A stretch of DNA of 64,000 nt from Eubacterium sp. GTDB taxonomy: Bacteria > Bacillota > Clostridia > Lachnospirales > Lachnospiraceae. Location: assembly GCA_017472565.1 (NCBI GenBank), contig JAFUPY010000004.1, positions 2,739 through 66,738 of the forward strand. The letters are read 5' to 3'. The position numbers were made by a program, and so were the translations under genes. Below are positions 9,546 to 18,775 of this stretch, piece after piece. Every line of letters starts with the position of its first letter. The stretch's first letter is position 1. Below the pieces are notes generated by a model, which was not told where the DNA came from, searched no databases, and saw only the letters and a program-made list of their open reading frames with translations.

Positions 9546-10343
9546 ATGAAATATCTGGTAATGGAATGTCATGTTGGTTACGCTGTTGTGCTGGACGAAG
9601 AAGGCAGATTTTTAAAAGTTGCTAATCTGAATTACGAAGTCGGCCAGACAGTTACAGATGTAATTCAAGAAACACTTCCAATAGAATATGAAACTTGTAT
9701 GGAATATAAAAATGAAGTGGATTCGGAGAAACCAATGGAAGTGGAAGAATCGATTTCCATCAATTCACCGAAAATCCACAAAATGAATCGCTGGATGAAA
9801 CCGCTGGTTGCAGCAGCGGCATGCCTGTGCTTCCTTGTTATTGTGGGCGGACAGATGTTGCTTACACCATACGGTTCGGTAGAAATGGTCATCAATCCAG
9901 ATGTTATGATTGAAGTAAATCGATTGGACTATGTCATTGACGTAGAAGGTCTGAACCAGGATGGCCAGGATCTGGTGGCAGATTATGAACATCGATTTAA
10001 GAAGATTGATCAGGTTTCTGACGAACTGGCAGACAGAGCTGTCGAGATGGGCTATCTGACCGAAGGCGGCACGATTCATCTGATTGTAACCGGTGGTAAA
10101 GAAGAGTGGAAAGTAGCAACCGAAGAACGTCTTGTGATCGAATTAGAAGTCCATATGGGAGATACCTATGTTATCGAAGTAGATGAATTCAGAGAAGATG
10201 TTGTTGATCCAAACAGCGGTAAGATCATAATACCGATTGACAATGATTGGGATGACGATGATGATAGTGATGATGCGGACGATGACGACAACGAAGATGA
10301 TGGCTATGATGATGCGGATGATGACGACGGCAGCGAAGATTAA
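9546..10343 (+). CDS. rsgI: Anti-sigma-I factor RsgI with acidic C-terminal tail
   Basis: RsgI_N-like AVVLDEEGRFLKV...YEVGQ, TM AAAACLCFLVIVGG, periplasmic domain INPDVMIEVN...VEGLNQDG, poly-Asp tail. Confidence 0.88.
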   Translation: MKYLVMECHVGYAVVLDEEGRFLKVANLNYEVGQTVTDVIQETLPIEYETCMEYKNEVDSEKPMEVEESISINSPKIHKMNRWMKPLVAAAACLCFLVIVGGQMLLTPYGSVEMVINPDVMIEVNRLDYVIDVEGLNQDGQDLVADYEHRFKKIDQVSDELADRAVEMGYLTEGGTIHLIVTGGKEEWKVATEERLVIELEVHMGDTYVIEVDEFREDVVDPNSGKIIIPIDNDWDDDDDSDDADDDDNEDDGYDDADDDDGSED

Positions 10344-10363
10344 GTGAATATGATGATAAGAGG

Positions 10364-10408
10364 TGTTAGGTCTATACAGAAAAATTAGTTGTGCAGACCT
10401 AACATTTT
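10364..10408 (+). terminator. Probable terminator after rsgI
   Basis: TGTTAGGTCT...AGACCTAACA stem followed by TTTT. Confidence 0.5.
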
Positions 10409-10518
10409 CTGTTTTTTGTGTATCTGACATTTAAAATATTGTGCATAGACCTAATAGGAAGTGTTTTTTTATAAAAAAGTGGTATTTTTGTATCTCAAGT
10501 AAAAATTTTTTCGCATAG

Positions 10519-10546
10519 ACCCCATTTTTATATTTTGACCTCCGTA
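10519..10546 (+). promoter_or_regulatory. SigI-type promoter of the lipoprotein gene
   Basis: ACCCC-19 bp-CGTA; ACCCCAnTTTT shared with the sigI promoter. Confidence 0.7.
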
Positions 10547-10649
10547 TACTGTAACTATAAGGAAGAGAAAAGCACCTTATAGAGAAAAGATGCATCAAAA
10601 ATAAAAACCGGAAACAAGAAATTAGAATTATAAGCAGGAGGAAAACAAA

Positions 10650-11546
10650 ATGAAAAAGAATAAACTTAGAACATTGGTGGCAGTTGGATTGGCAGCAGCT
10701 TTAGTAGCAGGAATGGCAGGATGCGGAACAACCAATAATGAAGGTCAGGGAGCAAGTGCAAGTCATACATCTCAGGGCGGTAATGGAGAGAGCTTGTCCG
10801 CAGGAGCAGAGAATAATGGCATACAGACAATGGCGGCAGGAACCCTTCTTCTCAGCGTAAATCCTGAAATCGAGATTGATTATGACAACAACGGAAGAGT
10901 ATTAGAAATTGAGGGGCGAAATGAAGATGCAAAGGCTCTTTTAAAAGCACTGGAATCATACGAGGGAGAGGAATGCAGTGTGGCAGTAGCCAATTTGGTA
11001 GATGCTATCTATGACGCAGGCTACTTCAGTGAAACATTAGATGGTCAGACCAAGAACATCGTGGTGAAGCTAAATGCTGGCTCCACATATCCAAGTGAAG
11101 ATTTCCTGGAAGGAATCGCGCATTCTGTAAAAACTTCTGTTGATGCCAATAAAGTAGATTCCAGACCAATGGTAGTAGAACAGAAAGATCTTGACAGCAA
11201 TGGTTACATTGGTATCGACAAGGCAAAGGATTTGGTAATGGCACATCTTAGAGTATCCGATGCAAAGTTCAATGACCATGAACAGGAACTGGATGATGGA
11301 AAATATGAATTCGAACTGGTTGCAAACGGTGTAGAATACGAATATGAAGTTCATGCAGTAACAGGAAAAATCATGGAAGTTGACGTAGACAATGATGATT
11401 GGGACGATAGAGATGACTGGGATGACTGGAACGATAGACACGATGATGACTGGGATGACAGATACGATGATGACTGGGATGACAGATACGATGACGACTG
11501 GGATGACAGATATGATGACGACTGGGATGACAGATATGATGATTAA
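10650..11546 (+). CDS. Lipoprotein with RsgI-like periplasmic domain, PepSY domain and acidic DDDWDDRY repeats
   Basis: Lipobox MAG-C; LLLSVNPEIEIDYD...IEGRNEDA resembles the RsgI domain; IGIDKAKDLV...YEYEVHAVTGKI is PepSY-like. Confidence 0.85.
   Translation: MKKNKLRTLVAVGLAAALVAGMAGCGTTNNEGQGASASHTSQGGNGESLSAGAENNGIQTMAAGTLLLSVNPEIEIDYDNNGRVLEIEGRNEDAKALLKALESYEGEECSVAVANLVDAIYDAGYFSETLDGQTKNIVVKLNAGSTYPSEDFLEGIAHSVKTSVDANKVDSRPMVVEQKDLDSNGYIGIDKAKDLVMAHLRVSDAKFNDHEQELDDGKYEFELVANGVEYEYEVHAVTGKIMEVDVDNDDWDDRDDWDDWNDRHDDDWDDRYDDDWDDRYDDDWDDRYDDDWDDRYDD
11391..11543 (+). repeat. 24-bp coding tandem repeat (DDDWDDRY)
   Basis: Four near-perfect GATGAYGACTGGGATGACAGATAY units plus degenerate upstream units. 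Confidence 0.92.
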
Positions 11547-11553
11547 TAAAATA

Positions 11554-11573
11554 GAGGGTCCGCAAGGACCCTC
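11554..11573. terminator. Bidirectional terminator between the lipoprotein gene and pyc
   Basis: GAGGGTCC-gcaa-GGACCCTC flanked by A- and T-rich runs, between convergent genes. Confidence 0.75.
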
Positions 11574-11590
11574 AAATTTTTTGGAAAAAA

Positions 11591-14500
11591 TTATTTTTCT
11601 TCGATTACGAAGGAGATGAGCAGGTCGTTCTGTGCAACAGAATCGCCAGCTGCAACGTATACTTTGTCAACTTTACCATTTACTTTAGATACAACGGTTG
11701 TTTCCATCTTCATTGCTTCTACTGTCATCAGTGGCATGTTCACTGTTACAGTGTCGCCTTCTTTTACAAGTACTTTACCAACAGTACCTGGGATAGAAGA
11801 ACCAAGGTGACCTGGGTTAGACTTGTCAGCTTTCAGTCTTCTGTCAGACTTGATTTCAAGGTTCTTATCCTGGATCTTAACTGTACGTAAGGAACCGTTT
11901 ACAGAGAATGTCAGGATTCTGATACCATCTTTGTCTGGCTCGCTCATTTCCAGATACTTGATCAGAACCACTTTACCTTCGCCAAGTGTCAGGTATGTTT
12001 CTTCCCCTTTACGTAAGCCGTAGAAGTATACGTGAGATTCCAGACGTGTTACGTCGTTGTACATCTCGAAGTGTTCACAGTAATCTTCGTATACCTTTGG
12101 ATACAGAGCGTAGCTGATGGCTTTCTGTTCCATATCATCTGCGGATCTGTCTTCGTAGTGATATTTTTCAATCAGATATCTCTTGATACCTTCCAGATCA
12201 ACAGGTGGTAAATGTTTACCTGGGCGATCTGTTAATGGTTCGATATCTTTTAATACAATCTTCTGCAGTTCTTTCGGGAATCCGCCATCAGGCTGACCCA
12301 TCATACCCTGGAAGTAGGATACCACAGAGTCTGGATAAGCAAGACCAACACCTTTTTCAAGAATGTTTTCTTTTGTCAGTTCATTCTTGAACATGAAGAT
12401 TGCAAGGTCACCAACTGCTTTGGATGTAGGTGTTACTTTTACGATGTTGCCAAGCAGGTCGTTTGCATCTTTGTAAAGTGCTTTGATGGATTCGAATTCG
12501 TCTGCTGAACCCATGCTTGTTACCTGGGATAACAGGTTGGAGTACTGACCACCTGGGATTTCGTATTTGTAGATTTCTGCATTTGGAGCCTTCATATCAG
12601 ATTCAAATGCTGCGTAAACCTTACGAATACGTCCATAGTAACGGCTCAGTTCGTCTAATTCTTCGAAATCAAGGCCTGTATCACGTTCTGTTCCACGAAG
12701 TGCTTCTACAACAGCGTTCATGGATGGCTGACTTGTCAGGGAAGCCATAGATTCGATTGCTAAGTCAACGATGTCTACGCCAGCTTCTGCAGCCATGAGA
12801 ACGGTACTTACACCGTTACCTGTGGAGTCATGTGTATGTAAGTGAAGTGGAATGTTCACTTCTTCTTTTAATGTTGTGATCAGCTTTTTCGCTGCAAGTG
12901 GTTTTAACAGACCAGCCATGTCTTTGATAGCGAGAGAGTGGCAGCCTAAAGCTTCCAGTTCTTTTGCTTTCTTCACATAGTAGTCTAATGTGTATTTTAC
13001 TTCGTTAGGGCTGTTAACATCACCTGTGTAGCAGATAGTACCTTCAACGATTTTACCTGTTTTCAGTGCTTCTTCGATAGGCATCTTCATATTTTCTACC
13101 CAGTTCAAGGAGTCGAAAATACGGAACACGTCAACGCCTTTATCTGCTGCAATGCGGATGAATTCCTGAACCACATTGTCTGGGTAGTTGCTGTAACCAA
13201 CGGCGTTGGAAGCACGAAGCAGCATCTGGATCAATGTGTTAGGCATTCTTTCACGAAGCAGTGTGAGACGTTTCCATGGAGACTCTTTTAAGAATCTGTA
13301 AGCAGTATCGTAGGTAGCACCGCCCCATGCCTCAACAGAGAATGCGTTCTGCATAAATGCGTTTGTCGCGTATGCAGCACCACAAAGGTCTTTACTACGC
13401 ATACGTGTTGCCATCAGAGACTGCTGACCATCACGCATGGTTGTATCTGTTACATAGAGTTTCTTATCGTTTTTGATTTTCTGCATGAAGCCTTCAGCAC
13501 CGAGTTTTAGGAATTCATCTCTTGCGCCGTAAACCAATGCAGTTTTGTCGTATACAGGAAGTACACGGTTTTCGAACTGTGGTTTTACGCCAGATGCATT
13601 GGAGTTAACAATCTTGTCACCGATGAATTCGATGATCTTTGTTGCTCTGTCCTGGCTGCGTTCTAATTCGAACAGTTCTGGTGTTTCCTCAATAAATGTT
13701 GTATAGCATTCACCGCTTACAAATGTTGGGTGATGTAATACGTTGATCAGGAATGGGATGTTTGTCTTTACACCACGAACACGCATTTCGCGAAGGGCAC
13801 GGATAGATTTTCTAACTGCGCCTGCAAAAGTACGGTCATGGGAACAAGCCTTTACAAGGAGACTGTCATAGTATGGAGAAATAACAGCGCCTGTGTAAGC
13901 ATTACCACCATCAAGACGGATACCATTACCGGAGCCGGAACGATAAACAGTGATTTCACCTGTGTCTGGAAGGAAGTTATTGCTTGGATCTTCTGTAGTA
14001 ACTCGTGTCTGGATAGAGTAGCCTGTACACTGAATGGATTCCTGAGACTTGATGTTGATCTCGTCTGAGTTCAGTGGATAGCCCATAGCTGCCAGAATCT
14101 GAGACTGTACAAGGTCAATACCTGTAACCATTTCAGTAACAGTATGTTCTACCTGGATACGAGGGTTCATTTCAATAAAGTATGGGTTGTTGTCTGCATC
14201 AACAAGGAACTCTAAAGTACCAGCGTTTCTGTAGCCAACGTTTTTGGAAAGACGAATCGCACTGTCAAAGATGATCTGTCTTGTTTTTTCTGGAATAGAA
14301 AAAGCAGGAGCGTATTCAACAACTTTCTGATGACGACGCTGTACGGAACAATCACGGTCAAATAGATGTACAACGTTTCCATAGTTATCCCCGATCACCT
14401 GAACTTCGATGTGTTTCGGGCTGCGCAGATATTTTTCGATAAAGATCTTGTCATCACCGAATGCTTTTTTAGATTCGTTTTTCGCTTCTTCAAATTCTTT

Positions 14501-15058
14501 TGGAAGGTCTTCTAAGCAGTTAACGATACGCATACCACGTCCGCCGCCACCGTTGGAAGCTTTTAACATGACAGGGAAGCCAACTTCCACTGCGATTTTC
14601 TTTGCAACTTCCAAATCTTTGATTGCATAGTCAACACCAGGGATGATTGGTACCTGTGCGTCAATCGCCATTTTTTTGGAGGAAATCTTATCGCCCATTG
14701 CGCGCATCAAATCGCTGGATGGTCCGATAAAAGTGATGCCGTTTCTTTCGCAGGCATCTACGAAATCTGGATTTTCAGATAAGAATCCGTAACCTGGATG
14801 GATAGCGTCAACGCCAGCGTCCAGAGCAATCTTGATAATCTTGTTGATGTCAAGATATGCATCGATAGGTCCCTTGTCAGGATCCAGTGGATAGGACTCA
14901 TCTGCTTTTGCACGGAAGAGTGCCAGTCTGTCCTGTTTGGAGAAGATGCTGACAGATGTGATGCCGAGCTCGTTTAACGCACGGAATACACGAATGGCAA
15001 TCTCGCCACGGTTTGCTACCAGTACCTTTTTAAAAGGTTTGATTGTAGGTTCGCTCAT
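11591..15058 (-). CDS. pyc: Pyruvate carboxylase
   Basis: Biotin carboxylase ANRGEIA and HPGYGFLSE, carboxyltransferase DTTMRDGQQS and HLHTHD, biotin site EAMKME; 1155 aa. Confidence 0.98.
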   Translation of the reverse strand: MSEPTIKPFKKVLVANRGEIAIRVFRALNELGITSVSIFSKQDRLALFRAKADESYPLDPDKGPIDAYLDINKIIKIALDAGVDAIHPGYGFLSENPDFVDACERNGITFIGPSSDLMRAMGDKISSKKMAIDAQVPIIPGVDYAIKDLEVAKKIAVEVGFPVMLKASNGGGGRGMRIVNCLEDLPKEFEEAKNESKKAFGDDKIFIEKYLRSPKHIEVQVIGDNYGNVVHLFDRDCSVQRRHQKVVEYAPAFSIPEKTRQIIFDSAIRLSKNVGYRNAGTLEFLVDADNNPYFIEMNPRIQVEHTVTEMVTGIDLVQSQILAAMGYPLNSDEINIKSQESIQCTGYSIQTRVTTEDPSNNFLPDTGEITVYRSGSGNGIRLDGGNAYTGAVISPYYDSLLVKACSHDRTFAGAVRKSIRALREMRVRGVKTNIPFLINVLHHPTFVSGECYTTFIEETPELFELERSQDRATKIIEFIGDKIVNSNASGVKPQFENRVLPVYDKTALVYGARDEFLKLGAEGFMQKIKNDKKLYVTDTTMRDGQQSLMATRMRSKDLCGAAYATNAFMQNAFSVEAWGGATYDTAYRFLKESPWKRLTLLRERMPNTLIQMLLRASNAVGYSNYPDNVVQEFIRIAADKGVDVFRIFDSLNWVENMKMPIEEALKTGKIVEGTICYTGDVNSPNEVKYTLDYYVKKAKELEALGCHSLAIKDMAGLLKPLAAKKLITTLKEEVNIPLHLHTHDSTGNGVSTVLMAAEAGVDIVDLAIESMASLTSQPSMNAVVEALRGTERDTGLDFEELDELSRYYGRIRKVYAAFESDMKAPNAEIYKYEIPGGQYSNLLSQVTSMGSADEFESIKALYKDANDLLGNIVKVTPTSKAVGDLAIFMFKNELTKENILEKGVGLAYPDSVVSYFQGMMGQPDGGFPKELQKIVLKDIEPLTDRPGKHLPPVDLEGIKRYLIEKYHYEDRSADDMEQKAISYALYPKVYEDYCEHFEMYNDVTRLESHVYFYGLRKGEETYLTLGEGKVVLIKYLEMSEPDKDGIRILTFSVNGSLRTVKIQDKNLEIKSDRRLKADKSNPGHLGSSIPGTVGKVLVKEGDTVTVNMPLMTVEAMKMETTVVSKVNGKVDKVYVAAGDSVAQNDLLISFVIEEK

Positions 15059-15355
15059 GTTTACACTCCTTATTTAGTCTTGTTTTCTAAATATCAACAC
15101 GCCATGTTAAAAAAATAAAAATGGTCCCCTCAGACCATAAATATCAAAAGCATAGCAATACATAATAATTATAGGCGATATGACAATGAGATGCAAGAAG
15201 AAAAAAGAAAAAATGCAAAAATTGACAAAAAATTTATCTTGTTAAGAAAATAACAGATAAAAATGAAGGATTTTTATTCAAAACCTGCAAAAATTCGGGA
15301 TGTAATGACGTAGAATCAAGCAAAAAGCAGAAAAAATGAATGAATACGAAAAGAA

Positions 15356-15397
15356 TCTCCCATATTGCATACAAAATGCAATATGGGAGAAGAAAAA
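15356..15397 (-). terminator. Hairpin after tmcAL, probable terminator
   Basis: TCTCCCATATTGCA-N7-TGCAATATGGGAGA perfect stem just past the tmcAL stop; U-tail on the minus strand is short. Confidence 0.65.
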
Positions 15398-15401
15398 GTT
15401 A

Positions 15402-16721
15402 CTATAAATAGACTAATGGGGTCCGGTATTCATTTTTTTCAATAGAAAGACCACTTTTGTTTATTTTCATAAGATTGTAAATATGGGCACTGGAAATATC
15501 CAATTGCAATAAGCGCAGTGCTGTGTCATTTAACCCTTTTTTGTCTTTTGCAAGCTGTGCCACTACTGGAATTGAACTGTTTTTTAGTTTGTTCAGCAGC
15601 AGGGAAGAAGACTTGCGAAAACCAAGAACCCGGATGTATGGTGCATAGTTTGACGAAGTCAAATCGTTCATGTGTGATTTTTTGATATCCAGTAATATAT
15701 GAAGAAGTGCCCGACTCACATTGGTATAGGTCATGTTTTTGGTTTTGATTTCATCAATAAAAACTGTAAATGAGACATAGCTTTCCTGCAAATTCAGGAT
15801 GCGGTTTGCCAAGTCATCTTTTACATCAGAATAGTTACGAAAATCATTTTGTTCCAAATATAACTTGTAATGGAGCAGGCTGGAAAAATCATTTTCGATG
15901 ATAGGAGGGCATAACTTTAAGGATTCGAGCAATGTGTCCAAGCAAATCTGTGGGATATATTTCAGAAGGAGATTTTCGTATTCCATCGTAGATACCTCTA
16001 ATTCCAGCATATTTCTTCTGATTGCAGTGGCAGAAGAAATACTTCCAGATAGATCTTCGTCATGGTAATGATTTCCCTGGCGAAGGATAGGACAAGGTTT
16101 GATGGTGGAGTTAATCTGTTTCAATGCCTTCAAATATTCGATGGCAAGGATGTTGTTCGGATTATTTAGTGTGGCTTCAATATTTAAGGTGTTATCAATA
16201 ATTCCATCTGCATATACGTTGTGCGTTGAATTCCTATTTGTGATAGAAGTGTCAGCAACAAACTTTTGAAAATACTCCCCAGCTGCCTTGGCTCTGGCAG
16301 CAGGATAGGAGAGTCCTTCCTTCAAATAAGAAGAAAGCAATTCCTGATATTCCTTTGGTTCCTCTACAAACAAGTTGGCTAGTGCATGTAACAGTTCCAG
16401 ATCATCGGTCTCACAACCAAATCCAAGATGGGTCACCACGCCTATGGAATTGAGAATGGCTACACCACATCTGGCAAAAGTCTCTGCGCTGGCAGTAGCA
16501 GCAACAACTGGCAGTTCAATTACCAGATCTGCACCGCCAAGGAGCGCCATTTTTGTACGAGTGTATTTGTCTACAATCGCAGGACCACCACGCTGGACAA
16601 AGTTGCCACTCATGATAGCAATGATATAATCAGCCCCAGTTTTTTTTCGGACTTCTTCTATATGATATGCATGTCCATTGTGAAATGGATTGTATTCAGC
16701 GATAATGCCGGCAACTTTCAT
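15402..16721 (-). CDS. tmcAL: tRNA(Met) cytidine acetate ligase (YlbM/HIGH nucleotidyltransferase)
   Basis: GIIAEYNPFHNGH, MSGNFVQRG, PNNILAIEY, SATAIR; divergent from ackA as in Clostridia. Confidence 0.92.
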   Translation of the reverse strand: MKVAGIIAEYNPFHNGHAYHIEEVRKKTGADYIIAIMSGNFVQRGGPAIVDKYTRTKMALLGGADLVIELPVVAATASAETFARCGVAILNSIGVVTHLGFGCETDDLELLHALANLFVEEPKEYQELLSSYLKEGLSYPAARAKAAGEYFQKFVADTSITNRNSTHNVYADGIIDNTLNIEATLNNPNNILAIEYLKALKQINSTIKPCPILRQGNHYHDEDLSGSISSATAIRRNMLELEVSTMEYENLLLKYIPQICLDTLLESLKLCPPIIENDFSSLLHYKLYLEQNDFRNYSDVKDDLANRILNLQESYVSFTVFIDEIKTKNMTYTNVSRALLHILLDIKKSHMNDLTSSNYAPYIRVLGFRKSSSLLLNKLKNSSIPVVAQLAKDKKGLNDTALRLLQLDISSAHIYNLMKINKSGLSIEKNEYRTPLVYL

Positions 16722-17044
16722 GGTGGAGTTCTCCTCTCATAACTTTTAATGACAGTGTACTGACCGCTGGTCAATTCCTGTATTCTATAAGGAAGTATAT
16801 CTGATTTTAAAATCGGTGTCTACGAAGATTTGCAGTAGCTTTTGGCAAAAGATTGTGAAGAAAAAAACTAATGATTTTTTGGGAAAAGGGGCTTGTCTTT
16901 TTTTGAGGCTGTTCATATAATGATTATGTATGCGACAATGCGGGAGTCTGTGTTTTCTGCATTTGTTCGACAGGGTATAATATAAAAGTAATAGGAACGT
17001 TTCGGGCACGATTTCTATTATCCAAAAATGAAGGGAGTACAATA

Positions 17045-18232
17045 ATGAACGTATTAGTAATCAACTGTGGTAGTTCTTCACTGAAATATCAGCTGATCAA
17101 CTCTGAATCTGAAGCAGTATTAGCAAAAGGTCTTTGCGAAAGAATCGGTATCGATGGTGTTCTTACATACCAGAAAGCTGGTCTTGACAAAGAAGTAACA
17201 GAAGCTGCTATGCCAACACACAAAGAAGCTATCAAATTAGTATTAGATGCTTTGGTAAATGACAAAACAGGTGCAATCGCTTCCTTAGAAGAAGTTGGTG
17301 CTGTAGGTCACAGAATCGTACACGGCGGCGAGAAATTTGCTTCTTCCGCAGTTATCACAGATGAAATGTTAGCAACAGTAGAAGAATGTAATGAACTTGC
17401 TCCATTGCACAACCCAGCAAACTTAATCGGTATCAACGCATGTAAAGACTTAATGCCAGGTGTACCAATGGTTGGTGTATTCGATACAGCTTTCCATCAG
17501 ACAATGCCAGAAAAAGCATACCTTTACGGCTTGCCACACGAATATTATGAAAAATACGGTGTAAGAAGATACGGCTTCCACGGCACAAGCCACAGCTTCG
17601 TATCCAAACATATGGCAGACTTCCTTGGTATGGATATCAACAACAGTAAGATCATCGTTGCTCACCTTGGAAACGGTTCTTCCATCTCTGCTGTATTAAA
17701 CGGCAAATGTGTAGACACATCTATGGGTCTTACTCCATTAGAAGGTCTTCCAATGGGAACACGTTCCGGTGATATCGATCCAGCCATCATGGAATTCATC
17801 GCTAAGAAAGAAGACCTTGATATCGCAGGCGTTATGAACGTATTAAATAAAAAATCTGGTGTACTTGGTATCTCCAAAGTTTCCAGCGACTTCCGTGATC
17901 TGGAAGACGGCATGGCAGAAGGCAACAAGCTTTGCGAAGCAGCAATCGAAGTATTCAGCTACAAAGTTGCAAAATACATCGGTTCTTACGTAGCAGCAAT
18001 GAACGGTGTTGACGCAATCGCATTCACAGCAGGCGTTGGCGAAAACGCTCCAATCGTTCGTGAAAAAGTTATGGGTTACCTTGGATACCTTGGTATCGCT
18101 GTTGACGCAGAAGCTAACAGCAAACGTGGTAAAGACCTTGTAATCTCTACTCCAGATTCCAAAGTTAAAGTTTGTATCATTCCTACAAACGAAGAACTTG
18201 CAATCGCTAGAGAAACAGTTGCATTAGTATAA
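17045..18232 (+). CDS. ackA: Acetate kinase
   Basis: INCGSSSLK, GHRIVHGG, APLHNPAN, FDTAFH, HLGNGSS, TNEEL. Confidence 0.98.
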   Translation: MNVLVINCGSSSLKYQLINSESEAVLAKGLCERIGIDGVLTYQKAGLDKEVTEAAMPTHKEAIKLVLDALVNDKTGAIASLEEVGAVGHRIVHGGEKFASSAVITDEMLATVEECNELAPLHNPANLIGINACKDLMPGVPMVGVFDTAFHQTMPEKAYLYGLPHEYYEKYGVRRYGFHGTSHSFVSKHMADFLGMDINNSKIIVAHLGNGSSISAVLNGKCVDTSMGLTPLEGLPMGTRSGDIDPAIMEFIAKKEDLDIAGVMNVLNKKSGVLGISKVSSDFRDLEDGMAEGNKLCEAAIEVFSYKVAKYIGSYVAAMNGVDAIAFTAGVGENAPIVREKVMGYLGYLGIAVDAEANSKRGKDLVISTPDSKVKVCIIPTNEELAIARETVALV

Positions 18233-18250
18233 AATAAATAGAAAAAAACG

Positions 18251-18279
18251 TTGACAAACAGTATGCCGCTGTGTATAAT
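18251..18279 (+). promoter_or_regulatory. Consensus sigma-A promoter of rpmF
   Basis: TTGACA-17 bp-TATAAT. Confidence 0.88.
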
Positions 18280-18355
18280 CATCTGAGTGTGATTAAAAGC
18301 CAGGACACGTGGTTTGATCAATATAGCTATATTGTTTGTAAACGGAGGTGTAAAC

Positions 18356-18535
18356 ATGTCTATTTGTCCAAAGAATAAATCTTCTAAAGGAAGAAGAGAT
18401 AGAAGAAGAGCAAACTGGAAAATGAGTGCTCCAACTTTAGTAAAATGTTCTAAATGTGGCGAACTTATGGTTCCACACAGAGTTTGCAAAAACTGTGGTT
18501 CTTACAATAAAAAAGAAATCATCACAGTTGAATAA
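18356..18535 (+). CDS. rpmF: 50S ribosomal protein L32 (Zn-ribbon form)
   Basis: MSICPKNKSSKGRRDRRRA...CSKC...HRVCKNCGSY; GGAGG RBS. Confidence 0.97.
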   Translation: MSICPKNKSSKGRRDRRRANWKMSAPTLVKCSKCGELMVPHRVCKNCGSYNKKEIITVE

Positions 18536-18546
18536 TTTCAAAAAAA

Positions 18547-18587
18547 GCGGCAAGCCTTTAAAATCAAAGGTTTGCCGTTATTTTTTT
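18547..18587 (+). terminator. rpmF terminator
   Basis: GCGGCAAGCCTTT...AAAGGTTTGCCGT followed by a T-run. Confidence 0.8.
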
Positions 18588-18693
18588 GCAGATTCATTCT
18601 TATTATACACCCGTTGAAATTAAATATGGTGGAATCAAAGAAACAAGAAACGTACAACGGATATTATTTTGGTCTGGTGATTTACTGCAAAAT

Positions 18694-18708
18694 TGGCGCG
18701 AGATTTGC
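18694..18708 (+). promoter_or_regulatory. Sigma-54 promoter (BKACE gene)
   Basis: TGGCGCG-AGAT-TTGC with correct GG-N10-GC spacing. Confidence 0.8.
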
Positions 18709-18775
18709 GTACAGATACTGTGACTATCACAAATAGATAGGAATAATATGTTCAGTGAAAAAGGAGACAAACGAA

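Noticed and set aside
10390-10523. Repeated GCA(TA)GACC motif upstream of the lipoprotein gene
   Set aside because: One copy is a hairpin arm and one overlaps the SigI -35; spacing is irregular, so it cannot be called an operator array.
11391-11543. Tandem repeats as a possible CRISPR array
   Set aside because: Contiguous 24-bp in-frame coding repeats with no unique spacers and no cas genes.
15232-15260. Inverted repeat TTTATCTTGTTA...TAACAGATAAA upstream of pyc
   Set aside because: AT-rich, single occurrence, and no regulator can be assigned.
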